Positions 7,573 to 17,609 of a stretch of DNA of 64,000 nucleotides are shown here, one piece after another. The notes beneath the pieces were generated by a model. It was given only the letters and a program-made list of their open reading frames with translations. It did not search any database and had not been told where the DNA came from. The stretch covers positions 32,001 through 96,000 of the IMG/VR virus record IMGVR_UViG_3300029288_000079; one strand, 5' to 3'. Origin of the DNA: a virus. Taxonomy: Duplodnaviria; Caudoviricetes. The position numbers and the translations under genes were made by a program. Positions within the stretch are counted from its first letter, which is position 1, and each line of letters starts with the position of its first letter.

Positions 7573-7851
7573 TTACACCTTTAATTTTGGTATTTTAAAT
7601 ATATGAGTTATTTTATGTATAGGATTACCATAAGTATCATAAACCCAACCCGATCTCTGCAATCCTGATTTCTTATTAAGTATTTTATCTATACTAAAAT
7701 TACATGACCAATTATCAGGAGCTAATGATTCTAAACCATCAATAGTATCTCCCTTAAAACTATTACTAACAACTAAAGCTCTAGAACCATCTTTAAGTTG
7801 TACTATATCATTAACTTCAAGATCCTTAGTGTTAAATTTTTTCCAGCCCAT
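7573..7851 (-). CDS. Hypothetical protein
   Basis: GGAG SD before ATG at 7851. Confidence 0.55.
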   Translation of the reverse strand: MGWKKFNTKDLEVNDIVQLKDGSRALVVSNSFKGDTIDGLESLAPDNWSCNFSIDKILNKKSGLQRSGWVYDTYGNPIHKITHIFKIPKLKV

Positions 7852-7859
7852 ATATTCTC

Positions 7860-8180
7860 CTAGATTGCTGGTGGAATAAGAACCCATCCTGCATTACGTA
7901 ATTCAAATAAAATTTGTTGGGTATTAATATCACCAGGAACAACATCTGCTGTGTCGGCTACAGCTGTAACAACGCTATTACGAGCAATAGATTCAGCCAA
8001 TCCGTCTAATGCTGTTGCAGATGGAGATTGCGGCGTGGGTATAATAACAAATCCTAGAGATTCTATAGCACCTAGAACCTCTCTAAGAAAAGATTCACTT
8101 AATGGATTTTTATCCATTGATACTACTGCATTATCCAATCTAAAGGATAATTCTTTCTGTAAATCAATAATTTCTAACAT
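7860..8180 (-). CDS. Hypothetical protein
   Basis: AGGAGG SD; internal repeat SLGFVIIP / NAGWVLIP. Confidence 0.65.
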   Translation of the reverse strand: MLEIIDLQKELSFRLDNAVVSMDKNPLSESFLREVLGAIESLGFVIIPTPQSPSATALDGLAESIARNSVVTAVADTADVVPGDINTQQILFELRNAGWVLIPPAI

Positions 8181-8188
8181 AAAACCTC

Positions 8189-8869
8189 CTAAAAAGTTGT
8201 TCGTATTGATACTGCTCTATTATTTAATGCATCTTGCCCCGTTAATTCAATTATACCATTTACTTTAATTTTGAAGCTTCTTTTATTAAAATAACCCTTA
8301 ATATTATTAAATATATCCTGCAAACTTACTTTATCTATATCTCCATCATTCCAAAATGCTGCTTGAGGAAACATATCAAACTTAGTTAATTTTTGCACTA
8401 TATCCAACATATTTTCAAAAGAATTTAATGTAGCTATATTTAATATAAGTCTTAATTTAGATTGAGTTCCTGGAAGCTCTGAAATCCTTATAGGTATCTC
8501 AACTCCAATAAAAGGATATTTTCCTAATTCCAAATCATATATATATATACAAGACATGGGAAAGAAACTCTTTGTATGTCTTGTAGTAACCCTCTCCATC
8601 ATAAGATAAAATTGAAACTGATATTTTCTTACTGTACAAATATGCTTCATCCTATTTAAAATATCATTGGCACATTCTGTGGAACAAATAGATCCCCCAT
8701 ACTGGTAAAGCTTATCACTTATATCTAAAGCATCGATTACGCTACCCGAAACATTGGGTCTCCTATCAATAGCCTCTAACATAATAGAAACTATCACATC
8801 CGTGTGTCCCTTACCTCTTTTAGAATACACCATTGGTAACTTAACATTATCAACTTTCACGATATCCAT
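8189..8869 (-). CDS. Possible degenerate FolE2 (GTP cyclohydrolase IB, T-fold) homologue
   Basis: Colinear hydrophobic pattern similar to FolE2 by eye, catalytic motifs absent; GGAG SD before 8869. Confidence 0.35.
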   Translation of the reverse strand: MDIVKVDNVKLPMVYSKRGKGHTDVIVSIMLEAIDRRPNVSGSVIDALDISDKLYQYGGSICSTECANDILNRMKHICTVRKYQFQFYLMMERVTTRHTKSFFPMSCIYIYDLELGKYPFIGVEIPIRISELPGTQSKLRLILNIATLNSFENMLDIVQKLTKFDMFPQAAFWNDGDIDKVSLQDIFNNIKGYFNKRSFKIKVNGIIELTGQDALNNRAVSIRTTF

Positions 8870-9058
8870 AGTTACTCCACATTGCACCCAAGTTAATACC
8901 ACATCTATTATAATAACCACCCATTATACTGTGTCAAGTAACTCACACACTTTTTGTAATAACTCTATTTGAGATAAATATAAATCAGCTAATAATTGAT
9001 TCCCAACTTGAGGTGAAATACTGTTCCTGCAAGATGCATCAAATATTTTTTTAGACTC

Positions 9059-11494
9059 CTACATGCAAGTTGAATTCCCGCAAGAATGACAAGTATAACA
9101 CCCACCATTACGCCTTAACTCTCCACCACAATCCTTACAATTTGTGCCTTTGACCACAGTTCCATCTGGAATATATTTCTTTAAAGCTCTAGCTAATGAT
9201 TTAGAAAATGATTGCATATCCCCATTTATTTTTTCACACTGCTGAACAACAAAATCTAAATCAACTCCATGACGTAAACAGGTAGAAACCATTCTAGTTA
9301 AGGCTTCTTCTTCATCTTTCGAATAGTCTACAATATTTTCTAATATAATCTCATCCTGCTCATTCAAAAGTTTGTAATGACCCCGCTTAACTTTAACAAT
9401 TTTTCCTTTATTGGTTTCTTTTACATCAAACTTATTTTTTCCTGAAAATACCTCATATAAGGACCCTTCAAGCATACCTACTGCTACAAAATAAGTATTA
9501 TCTCTTACTTTTATATGATGAATATCTGCCAACAGTTCTTTAGGACGCTTCGTTACTTTCCCATCTGCTGTTTTTTCTAGTTTACTTTTATTATCAGATT
9601 CAATAAGAACTCCGCTACGAGAATTTTTACGATATACAGTAACCCCTTTTAATCCTAACTCCCATGCTCTCATATAAATATTTTTTACAGTATCAATTGT
9701 AACATTTTCCGGCAAATTTAATGTTGACGAGATAGCATGGTCAACATGTTGTTGGGCCCCTGATTGCAATAGCAACCTATCCTCCCAAGCAAGATCCTCT
9801 GCACAACACTTATACCAAGGTGACTTTTTAATATCTTTTTCTCCAGTTACTACCCGCCATTCCAATATTTTAGAATGCATCACTTCAAATTCCCGCCACT
9901 TATCACCACTAGCATCTACAAAATCCACTTTTACATCTTTTTCATTACCTACTATTTTTTTTCTACGTTTATATGATATCTGAAATAAAGGTTCAATACC
10001 AGATGTTGTCTGTGTAAGAATACTCATTGATCCCGCTGGAGCTGTAGTTAATAATGCTATATTCCTACGACCAAACCTAACCATATCATCATATAATTCG
10101 GGATCCTCTTTAGCAATACGTTGTATGAATGGGTTTTCTAATTCTCTAGTCATATCATAGATTGGAAAAGAACTAATCTCTTTAGACATATCTACAGAGG
10201 ATCTATAACAACTAAGTTTGAGAATTTTGTATATTTTTTTAGTTATTCTTATGCTTTCTTCGGATCCATATGCAATACCTTTAGCAGCAAAAACATCTCC
10301 CAAAGCAGTTATACCACATCCTGTACGCCTTCCTATTCTACAAACTGATAATACTTTTTCCCACAAATTCAATTCACGAATTTTTATATCAATACTTTCA
10401 GGATCTTTATGAATCTTTTGTATAATACGCTCTATACATTCTATCTCTAAGTCTATAATATCATCCGCAAGACGTTGCATTATTATAGCGTCATGACTAA
10501 ACTTCTCATAATCAAATTTTGCTTTATCTGTGAATGGATCTATTATATAACTATAAAGATTTATGAGAATAAGACGACAGGAATCCAATTCTGAAAGTGG
10601 AATTTCTGAGCACGGATTTGTACCCTGTGTACGAAAACCAAGACTCGCATAGCAGTCTGCTGGACTTTCTTTAATAATGGTATCCCAAAATAACACTCCA
10701 GGCTCTGCATTATTCCTTGCTTGAGTTATCAAAGCATCCCATAACTCCCTGGCATTAATTTTCTTTCTTATTATAGGTTCATTACTGTCTACAGGCCATT
10801 TAAGTATATAATCTTTGTCTTTCTTAATTGCATTCATTAATTCATCAGATATTTGTACAGAAATATTAGCCCCAGTAACCTTTGTGAGATCCTGTTTTGC
10901 ATTTATAAAGTCCATTATTTGAGGATGCTTGTCAAATAAAGATATCATAAGAGCACCCCTACGTCCACCCTGACCAACTTCTCTAATTGTATTCGAGAAC
11001 CTCCCCATAAATGGAACAATACCCGTAGATGTCTTTGCAGCATTTTTTGTAACAGCACCCTCGGGCCTCAAATTTGATATATTTACACCATTACCACCCC
11101 TACGCTTCGCTATGCTTACAAGCTGTTCATCTGTATATATGATACCAGAATAACTATCTTTCGGCGACTCTACTAAAAAACAATTTGATAAGGAAACATA
11201 TTGATATGGATTGCCAACCCCAAATAAAACACTGCCTTGTGGAACTATGTACTTGAAATGATCTAAATATCCAAAAATCTCATCTTCTGTCAATGGTATT
11301 TTAAACTTTGTTTTTTCAATTCTTACAAACTCTTTTGCTAGTCTTCTAAACATCTGTTCTGGTGTAGATTCTAATAGATTCCCTTCATTATCACGTAAAG
11401 CATATTTATCCAGAAATACAGACGCGGCTAATTCATCTCCTCCAAAATATTCAACTGACTGACGTAAGGCTTCATCCTCATTATAATACTGCAT
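9059..11494 (-). CDS. nrdJ: Class II (adenosylcobalamin-dependent) ribonucleotide reductase
   Basis: SLSNCF, GGRRGA, TNPCSEIPL, TTAPAGS, GVTVYR, C-terminal TSCPD-like domain and CxxC..CxxC; no nrdB nearby. Confidence 0.92.
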   Translation of the reverse strand: MQYYNEDEALRQSVEYFGGDELAASVFLDKYALRDNEGNLLESTPEQMFRRLAKEFVRIEKTKFKIPLTEDEIFGYLDHFKYIVPQGSVLFGVGNPYQYVSLSNCFLVESPKDSYSGIIYTDEQLVSIAKRRGGNGVNISNLRPEGAVTKNAAKTSTGIVPFMGRFSNTIREVGQGGRRGALMISLFDKHPQIMDFINAKQDLTKVTGANISVQISDELMNAIKKDKDYILKWPVDSNEPIIRKKINARELWDALITQARNNAEPGVLFWDTIIKESPADCYASLGFRTQGTNPCSEIPLSELDSCRLILINLYSYIIDPFTDKAKFDYEKFSHDAIIMQRLADDIIDLEIECIERIIQKIHKDPESIDIKIRELNLWEKVLSVCRIGRRTGCGITALGDVFAAKGIAYGSEESIRITKKIYKILKLSCYRSSVDMSKEISSFPIYDMTRELENPFIQRIAKEDPELYDDMVRFGRRNIALLTTAPAGSMSILTQTTSGIEPLFQISYKRRKKIVGNEKDVKVDFVDASGDKWREFEVMHSKILEWRVVTGEKDIKKSPWYKCCAEDLAWEDRLLLQSGAQQHVDHAISSTLNLPENVTIDTVKNIYMRAWELGLKGVTVYRKNSRSGVLIESDNKSKLEKTADGKVTKRPKELLADIHHIKVRDNTYFVAVGMLEGSLYEVFSGKNKFDVKETNKGKIVKVKRGHYKLLNEQDEIILENIVDYSKDEEEALTRMVSTCLRHGVDLDFVVQQCEKINGDMQSFSKSLARALKKYIPDGTVVKGTNCKDCGGELRRNGGCYTCHSCGNSTCM

Positions 11495-11536
11495 ATGTAT
11501 CTCCTTGTCATTCGCATATTATTTGTTTTATTAAAT

Positions 11537-11989
11537 TTAAAATGTAACGCCAATAAATTTCTCAGATGTTAAAACTTTATCCATCAACTCTTTTATAAGA
11601 TCCGGATCCAATCCACCATTCCCGGTCCCTATTAAAGGAATATATACCTTCTCCGGATAATTATCTTTTGTGTCCTGTAACCACCTGAGAGATTTTGCTA
11701 CTGTAGCAATATTAGCCACACCTTGCCAGCTAAGGTGAGGACTTTTTACATTGAGAGGCTTCGAAGGTATTAAAATAAGTCTGTAATCCTTATAGTAAAC
11801 TCTAGTAGTTAATAACTGACAATCCCTGCCATAAATCTTGGGTAATTCTGAAAATATCTGAGCCGCATCCTTGGCCAGTCCTGCACCCATCACATTACTA
11901 CCATCATGCTTCCAACCTTCATTAGTAGGTATTACAATGGTAGAACCTAGCTTATAATAAATCCAAATGTTCCCATTCTTCCAATTCAT
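11537..11989 (-). CDS. Macrodomain (ADP-ribose binding/hydrolase) protein
   Basis: IVIPTN...VMGAGLA...PLIGTGNGGL motifs. Confidence 0.75.
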   Translation of the reverse strand: MNWKNGNIWIYYKLGSTIVIPTNEGWKHDGSNVMGAGLAKDAAQIFSELPKIYGRDCQLLTTRVYYKDYRLILIPSKPLNVKSPHLSWQGVANIATVAKSLRWLQDTKDNYPEKVYIPLIGTGNGGLDPDLIKELMDKVLTSEKFIGVTF

Positions 11990-11997
11990 ATCTGCCT

Positions 11998-12294
11998 CTA
12001 TACAATCTTTAAAGATGGCATCTTTATATCTACCCTAGCCGGAGCACCATTCTGCTCCATAGCACATACCGCCATTGCAGCAACCTTACGCATAATATCC
12101 ATTCCTTCTTGATCTGCTATTTGTTTTGGTTTACGAGAAAGAATATGCTTAGCTTCATTTACATAATCTTCTATGTAAACAAACCATTCTTCTACTGAAT
12201 GGACTCCATCACTTGTAGTAGTCTCAGATGTCCATCTTTTATCTTGATAGTCTCTCTCACCATTAATAAGCTCATATACAGATAATCTATCCAT
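11998..12294 (-). CDS. MazG-like all-alpha NTP pyrophosphatase-fold protein
   Basis: ERDYQDKRW...EEWFVYIEDY...RKVAAMAVCAME; AAGGAG SD. Confidence 0.5.
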   Translation of the reverse strand: MDRLSVYELINGERDYQDKRWTSETTTSDGVHSVEEWFVYIEDYVNEAKHILSRKPKQIADQEGMDIMRKVAAMAVCAMEQNGAPARVDIKMPSLKIV

Positions 12295-12320
12295 TTTATT
12301 CTCCTTGAAATTAGATTTAT

Positions 12321-12875
12321 TTATATAATAGTTAATTTTTTCCATATAGCGCAACAATATTCAATCTGAAACAAACAATCGTCTATAGGTAGATGTGCTG
12401 TTCCAACAATCTGACAGTTTCTTTTTATCTCGGGTGCAAAAGACACTAAAGTTCTTAAATCTCTCTCTAATCTAAAATTCCAAGGTATTTGATGTTTAGT
12501 AGCTGTATAAGCATCCTCTAAAATACCAAGATCAAAGCGAGGACTATTACCCCATATCTGTAAATTTTCTGTCCCCAAGTCTTCTAAAAATAGTCTAAAT
12601 TTATGAAGCACTTCTGATATATTTTTTCCTCCTACAGAAATCTCTTGCCTAGCTTTGTCACCTTGAGATAACCACCACTCAATAGTATCACCACCAACCT
12701 TTAATCCTATGTCCAAGCAAGATTGAATAGAAGCCTTCTCATAGAAACTACGACCTGTCTGACCCGTTGCAATATCAAATTCTATCGCTGCAATAGAACA
12801 TATAACAGATTGACTCTTGTTTCCCATTGTTTCTATATCGATCATTAAATCACCAAGATTACCTGTCTGTCCCAT
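12321..12875 (-). CDS. DEDDh 3'-5' exonuclease (Rv2179c/RNase T-like)
   Basis: MIDIET, WGNSPRFD, RDLRT, HLPIDDC motifs. Confidence 0.85.
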   Translation of the reverse strand: MGQTGNLGDLMIDIETMGNKSQSVICSIAAIEFDIATGQTGRSFYEKASIQSCLDIGLKVGGDTIEWWLSQGDKARQEISVGGKNISEVLHKFRLFLEDLGTENLQIWGNSPRFDLGILEDAYTATKHQIPWNFRLERDLRTLVSFAPEIKRNCQIVGTAHLPIDDCLFQIEYCCAIWKKLTII

Positions 12876-12947
12876 ATTACCTCCAAATTAATTTATTCTT
12901 TAATATGCATATTTAAAAAGACATGTTAGTTACACTTTTCATTACAA

Positions 12948-12976
12948 AGTATAATACAAATTTTCATAAAGGTCAA
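12948..12976 (-). promoter_or_regulatory. Sigma70-type promoter
   Basis: TTGACC-17 bp-TATACT upstream of the exonuclease/RNR operon. Confidence 0.7.
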
Positions 12977-12990
12977 GTTATTCTTAATAA

Positions 12991-13629
12991 TTAAAAATCA
13001 TCTTTATGAATTTTTATCTTATCCAAAATCTTCTCTTTCTGAAGTCTAACACATTCTGATGTAGTATGCATGATTGTTGCTACGTCTCTTAACGTCCTAG
13101 CCTCATAAGGTGGATCTAATCCAAATAGAAGTGATATTATAATACGTTCTTTTTCTGAAATATCACTTAAGTATAATTTTACAATATCCTCTGAAGTATT
13201 CCTTATAAAAGAAGTGTCATTATTAAGGTCCTCTATATCCTGAAAATCTCCCTCAAAGGCAGAATTTATAACATTCTCTCTAATCTCCGCAATCTCTTTC
13301 AAATATTGCCCTATCGCAAATCTTATATGATAAAAGCAATAACTAAATACTCTAACCTTATACTTACTTACATCGTATCTTCTTATGCCCTGTATAAGAC
13401 CTACATTTGCCTCTTGTATAACATCCATAACATCTACATTATTTGGAATTGTAAAGTTCCTTAAAAAATATATTACAAATCTCAGATGAGAATTGACCAC
13501 TCTCTCAAAAGCTTCTGCAGATCCAGAGGCTACCTGAAACATTAACTCCCTCTCCTCGGCTGCTTTTAGAGGGATATACTTAGGATGTGCTAATGTTTTA
13601 GTATATTGCTCAAAAACTAAATTATGCAT
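12991..13629 (-). CDS. Phage-encoded sigma-70 family sigma factor
   Basis: Region 1.2 (PLKAAEE), region 2 (SHLRFV...DVIQEANVGLIQGIRRYD), region 4 (TLRDVA...ECVRLQKEK). Confidence 0.88.
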   Translation of the reverse strand: MHNLVFEQYTKTLAHPKYIPLKAAEERELMFQVASGSAEAFERVVNSHLRFVIYFLRNFTIPNNVDVMDVIQEANVGLIQGIRRYDVSKYKVRVFSYCFYHIRFAIGQYLKEIAEIRENVINSAFEGDFQDIEDLNNDTSFIRNTSEDIVKLYLSDISEKERIIISLLFGLDPPYEARTLRDVATIMHTTSECVRLQKEKILDKIKIHKDDF

Positions 13630-13651
13630 TATTACCTCAAAATAATTTTAT

Positions 13652-14821
13652 TTATAACACTGATTTAACGACTGTGGATATGAAATCTATATCTTTTATA
13701 GATAGCCCTGGATGACATGGTAAAACTAATCCTAAAGTATGTAATTTTGTAAGATTCTTAGTAATAAATTTATTTTTTATAAATGGCTGCTGACCTAAAT
13801 TACCACCAGATATGGGTCTAGTCTCTATATTTTCCCTATTTAAAGCAGTTATAACTCTATGCTTCTGATTGATATCTTTACATATAATAGGATACGTAAT
13901 GCAAGATATTTTACTAAACTCATTACCCTTTTGCATATCTAATGTTGTGTTCATAAAATTATGTCTGTAACGCATAAAATTTCTATGCCTATATCCTGCA
14001 ATTTCATCTAATATTTTTAATTGCTCTAGTCCTAAAACAGCATTAAACTCTGTAGATCTAACATTTAATCCTGGGTAATAAAATGTAAATCTAGACATAA
14101 ATTTAGATATACAATACTCAATCTCCATATCATTTCTAACAGAATCCTCCACATCCACAGACCATCCATGACTTCTTATCATTTTTAATAAAATACTAAG
14201 ATCTTTATTATCTGTAGAAACCATCCCACCTTCAATAGTACTTATTTGATGGCCATAATAAAAAGAAAATGTACCTATATCTCCTAAAGTTCCGACATAT
14301 TTATTTTCTGCTTTAGATCCTACTGCAGGACAAGCATCCTCCATTAATAAAAACTTATATTTATTTCTAAGTTTTATAAGCTTACCCATATTCCCTGGAT
14401 ACCCAAGAGTTGGAACATACACCACTAAGGAAATTTTATGTAATATAAGAATTCTTTCAAGATCCTGTATGTCCATACTAAATGTATTTAAGTCTACATC
14501 TACAAATTTAATGTCAAATCCCAATTGTATTGCTGGAGACACTGTTGTAGACCACCCAGCACCGCAGATAGCCACCGTTAGGGGCTTATTCCTATGTATC
14601 AACAATTCTTTAATAGCAGCATAAGCTAATAAATTAGCTGAAGATCCTGAATTCACAAAAGTAGAGTAGGAAGCTCCTAAATGTTTAGACCATTTAGTTT
14701 CAAACTCTTTCACTTTAACACCTTGAGTAAGTCTGGGATATTTACTCAGCCATTTAATAGCCTTATCTATATGATATTTTGGTATAGTATCTTGTGCTAA
14801 ATAATACTTATACTTGCTCAT
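13652..14821 (-). CDS. PLP-dependent NDP-4-keto-6-deoxysugar 3-dehydratase (ColD-like, DegT family)
   Basis: VNSGSSANLL, EDAC and FSFYYGHQISTIEGG, with His at the position of the usual Schiff-base Lys. Confidence 0.8.
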   Translation of the reverse strand: MSKYKYYLAQDTIPKYHIDKAIKWLSKYPRLTQGVKVKEFETKWSKHLGASYSTFVNSGSSANLLAYAAIKELLIHRNKPLTVAICGAGWSTTVSPAIQLGFDIKFVDVDLNTFSMDIQDLERILILHKISLVVYVPTLGYPGNMGKLIKLRNKYKFLLMEDACPAVGSKAENKYVGTLGDIGTFSFYYGHQISTIEGGMVSTDNKDLSILLKMIRSHGWSVDVEDSVRNDMEIEYCISKFMSRFTFYYPGLNVRSTEFNAVLGLEQLKILDEIAGYRHRNFMRYRHNFMNTTLDMQKGNEFSKISCITYPIICKDINQKHRVITALNRENIETRPISGGNLGQQPFIKNKFITKNLTKLHTLGLVLPCHPGLSIKDIDFISTVVKSVL

Positions 14822-16662
14822 GGATTTATCCCTACAATTATATCAGGTAATATCGGATTCTCAAATCCAGATGCAACATCTATAATCATCTCTTTTTTAA
14901 GCTCCTCTCGGTCAAGATAGGGATACATATCTTCCAATGCCGTACTCCAACCCACTAATCTTGGTATATAAGAATGATACTCATGACAATTTACATCACA
15001 TATTACTGTCTCACTTGAGTTCAAAACATCTAATATTTTAGATACTAATTCAGAATTATTATTTATTGTACAAGTCTTAATACCATAAGCTTCAGCTACT
15101 TTAACAAAATCTGGAGGTTTATATCCTACAGGACCACAAGCCTCCGCCCTGCCACCAAAATTAGTCTCTTGAAAGGCCTTGGTAATTCCATATATGTGGT
15201 TGTTAATGATGAATACCTTTACATCTACTCCATAGTTCTTTATAGTTTGGAGTTCTTGAATATTCATATTCATACCCCCGTCACCTATAACACATATAAC
15301 ATTTTGCTTCTTATTAGATGCACACCATGCCCCAATAGATGCGGCAAAAGAAAATCCCATAGGAGAATTTCCATTATTGGTTAAAAACTTCTGGCCTAAC
15401 ATAGTTTCAAAGGCCTGAGACATAATTACAATATTTCCACCACAGTCAGAAATAATAATACTATCCTTATCCACCATACCTGATAATACTCTAGAAAATA
15501 CATAAGGATGTACTATATCTTTAGTATCATAATAAGATTGTTTAATTACATCATACTTGATCTTCCAACCCATAACCTTTTCAGTCCACTGAGAAAAGTC
15601 AGGCATCTCAACAAATTTAGATTTTTCTATATAATCTAAAAGCATATTTAAAAATATGGTAGAATCACAACGAAGATTATAATCAAATACAACCTGTTGT
15701 AATTTTTTCTGAAGATTTGCAATATCAATATCTACAATATATTTCTTTGCACTACGAGCAAATAACTCAGGAGCTCCCCCAGTTATTCTTCCAGATATCC
15801 TAGACCCTATAGCCAACAATAAATCACAATTCTGAATACCTAAATTACGTCCTGACCCACCATATGTTCCAACTCTCCCACCATAATAAGGAAAATCAGA
15901 TGTTACTATGTCCAAAGCATTCCATGTAGGAAAAATAGGTATTTTTAATATATTAGATAACTGTAATAAAAATTTAATGGCCTTGGGATCATGCACACCC
16001 CCTCCTATAAGAAGAGCGGGTCTTTTAGACATGCTTAAATCACTTATAAATGACTTTATAAATCCAAAAATTTGATCTATATCAAATACACTTTCATCTG
16101 GTGAAGAATCATATCCCACTAAATCATCAGTTTCAATCAATTTCTTCTGTATATCTAAGGGTATGTCAAGATGAACCGGACCTGGCCGACCCTCTTGCAT
16201 AATAAATAAGGCTTTTTCTAACTCAAACTTAACATCTTCGGCCTTTGTTATCATAACTGAATATTTTGTTATGGGTTTCATTATACCCACCATATCTGAT
16301 TCCTGAAAACCTACCTGTCGAATAATAGGATCAGGCCTCAAAAACCTAGAGCTTATCTGCCCCGTAATAAATAAGCATGGTACAGAATCATAAAAACAAT
16401 TTCCTACGGGAGTAGTAAAATTCATCCCTCCAGGTCCACTAGTAGCAATAGCTACTCCAAACTTACCAGAAACTTTTGCATATGTTTCGGCTGAGAATCC
16501 CGCAGCCTGCTCATGCATTGTACATACATATCTGGTCTTATCTGTACGGGTGAAAGCATCAAATAAATCACCTACCGCACTACCATAAACACCAAATATA
16601 TCTTTAATACCTTTTTCTGCTATATAGTTAATAATGTAGTCTGCAACCTTTATTTTGGCCAT
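14818..16662 (-). CDS. TPP-dependent acetolactate-synthase-like enzyme (YerE-like sugar C-branching)
   Basis: HEQAA, TSGPG, GRPGPV, GDGG...NN TPP motif; embedded in NDP-sugar genes. Confidence 0.85.
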   Translation of the reverse strand: MAKIKVADYIINYIAEKGIKDIFGVYGSAVGDLFDAFTRTDKTRYVCTMHEQAAGFSAETYAKVSGKFGVAIATSGPGGMNFTTPVGNCFYDSVPCLFITGQISSRFLRPDPIIRQVGFQESDMVGIMKPITKYSVMITKAEDVKFELEKALFIMQEGRPGPVHLDIPLDIQKKLIETDDLVGYDSSPDESVFDIDQIFGFIKSFISDLSMSKRPALLIGGGVHDPKAIKFLLQLSNILKIPIFPTWNALDIVTSDFPYYGGRVGTYGGSGRNLGIQNCDLLLAIGSRISGRITGGAPELFARSAKKYIVDIDIANLQKKLQQVVFDYNLRCDSTIFLNMLLDYIEKSKFVEMPDFSQWTEKVMGWKIKYDVIKQSYYDTKDIVHPYVFSRVLSGMVDKDSIIISDCGGNIVIMSQAFETMLGQKFLTNNGNSPMGFSFAASIGAWCASNKKQNVICVIGDGGMNMNIQELQTIKNYGVDVKVFIINNHIYGITKAFQETNFGGRAEACGPVGYKPPDFVKVAEAYGIKTCTINNNSELVSKILDVLNSSETVICDVNCHEYHSYIPRLVGWSTALEDMYPYLDREELKKEMIIDVASGFENPILPDIIVGINP

Positions 16663-17585
16663 AAATCACTCGCTTTCAATTCATTTATCTCTTCTTCTTT
16701 TATCGGATAGCAAAACTCTTCAGTAGGAAATTTATGAGTCTTAACTTCATATACATAAATCTTTAAAGCCTCTGTTATAATATAAAGCAATCCATCATCT
16801 CTAGTATCCCTACCCAAAGCATTGATACCTTTAGGTGTTTCTGTAATATGACTAACATACTTTTCAGCAACAAAAGTAACATAACATTTAGAGAAATAAG
16901 GTCTAAATGTAGGATATAATCCTAATAGATCATGCATTATCAATAATTGACCATCTACCTTACTTCCAGCTCCAACACCATATACAGGGACATCACTTAC
17001 ACTAGTTATAACTCCACCAGGCTCTGTAGGAATCGCCTCTAATAGAATGGAAAATACCCCAGCATCCCTTAATTTTTGAGCATCCTTCATAGTCTCTAAT
17101 AAATTTTCCACAGTTTTACACTGAACCCTATAACCCCCAAAGGATTGAGTACTTTGAGGAGTAAGTCCCAAATGTCCCATTACCAATATTCCAGCATTAA
17201 CTATAGCCTCTACTCTGGAACAAACTCTTTCACCACCCTCTAGCTTTATGGCATCACATCCAGCTTCTTTTATAAAACGCAACGCACTTCTAATAGCCTC
17301 TTCGTCAGACACTTCATAGGATCCTTGTGGCATATCCCCTATAATAAATGTATTGGGAGCTCCTCTACGAACAGCTTTAGCCATCATAATCATTTCATCC
17401 ATAGTAACAGGATTGGTGGTAGAATAACCATATTGAACCATACCTCCAGAATCTCCAACTAAAATCATATCCACACCAGCTTTTTCAGCACAATATGCTA
17501 AAGGATAATCATACGCAGTAACCCAAGCTATTGGAATTTTTTCTTTTTTCATTTGCTGCAACTTTAATAATGATACCTTTGGCAT
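16650..17585 (-). CDS. panB: Ketopantoate hydroxymethyltransferase homologue
   Basis: TAYD, LVGDS, GDMP, KLEGG, GHLGLTPQ, HDLLG motifs. Confidence 0.9.
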   Translation of the reverse strand: MPKVSLLKLQQMKKEKIPIAWVTAYDYPLAYCAEKAGVDMILVGDSGGMVQYGYSTTNPVTMDEMIMMAKAVRRGAPNTFIIGDMPQGSYEVSDEEAIRSALRFIKEAGCDAIKLEGGERVCSRVEAIVNAGILVMGHLGLTPQSTQSFGGYRVQCKTVENLLETMKDAQKLRDAGVFSILLEAIPTEPGGVITSVSDVPVYGVGAGSKVDGQLLIMHDLLGLYPTFRPYFSKCYVTFVAEKYVSHITETPKGINALGRDTRDDGLLYIITEALKIYVYEVKTHKFPTEEFCYPIKEEEINELKASDLWPK

Positions 17586-17609
17586 AGTTTACTCCTATTT
17601 TATATTTAT

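Noticed and set aside
8921-9061. TAG readthrough or alternative genetic code: ~45 open codons follow the nrdJ TAG in frame
   Set aside because: NrdJ ends at its normal Cys-rich terminus, and other TAG stops are directly followed by SD and next genes. Likely chance or a gene remnant.
9059-11494. Intein or intron in nrdJ or the helicase
   Set aside because: Lengths are normal; no splicing motifs or homing endonuclease seen.
14818-17585. panB and the acetolactate-synthase-like gene as auxiliary genes for pantothenate or branched-chain amino acid synthesis
   Set aside because: No partner pan or ilv genes in the window; both overlap NDP-sugar genes, so a glycan role is more parsimonious (not excluded experimentally).
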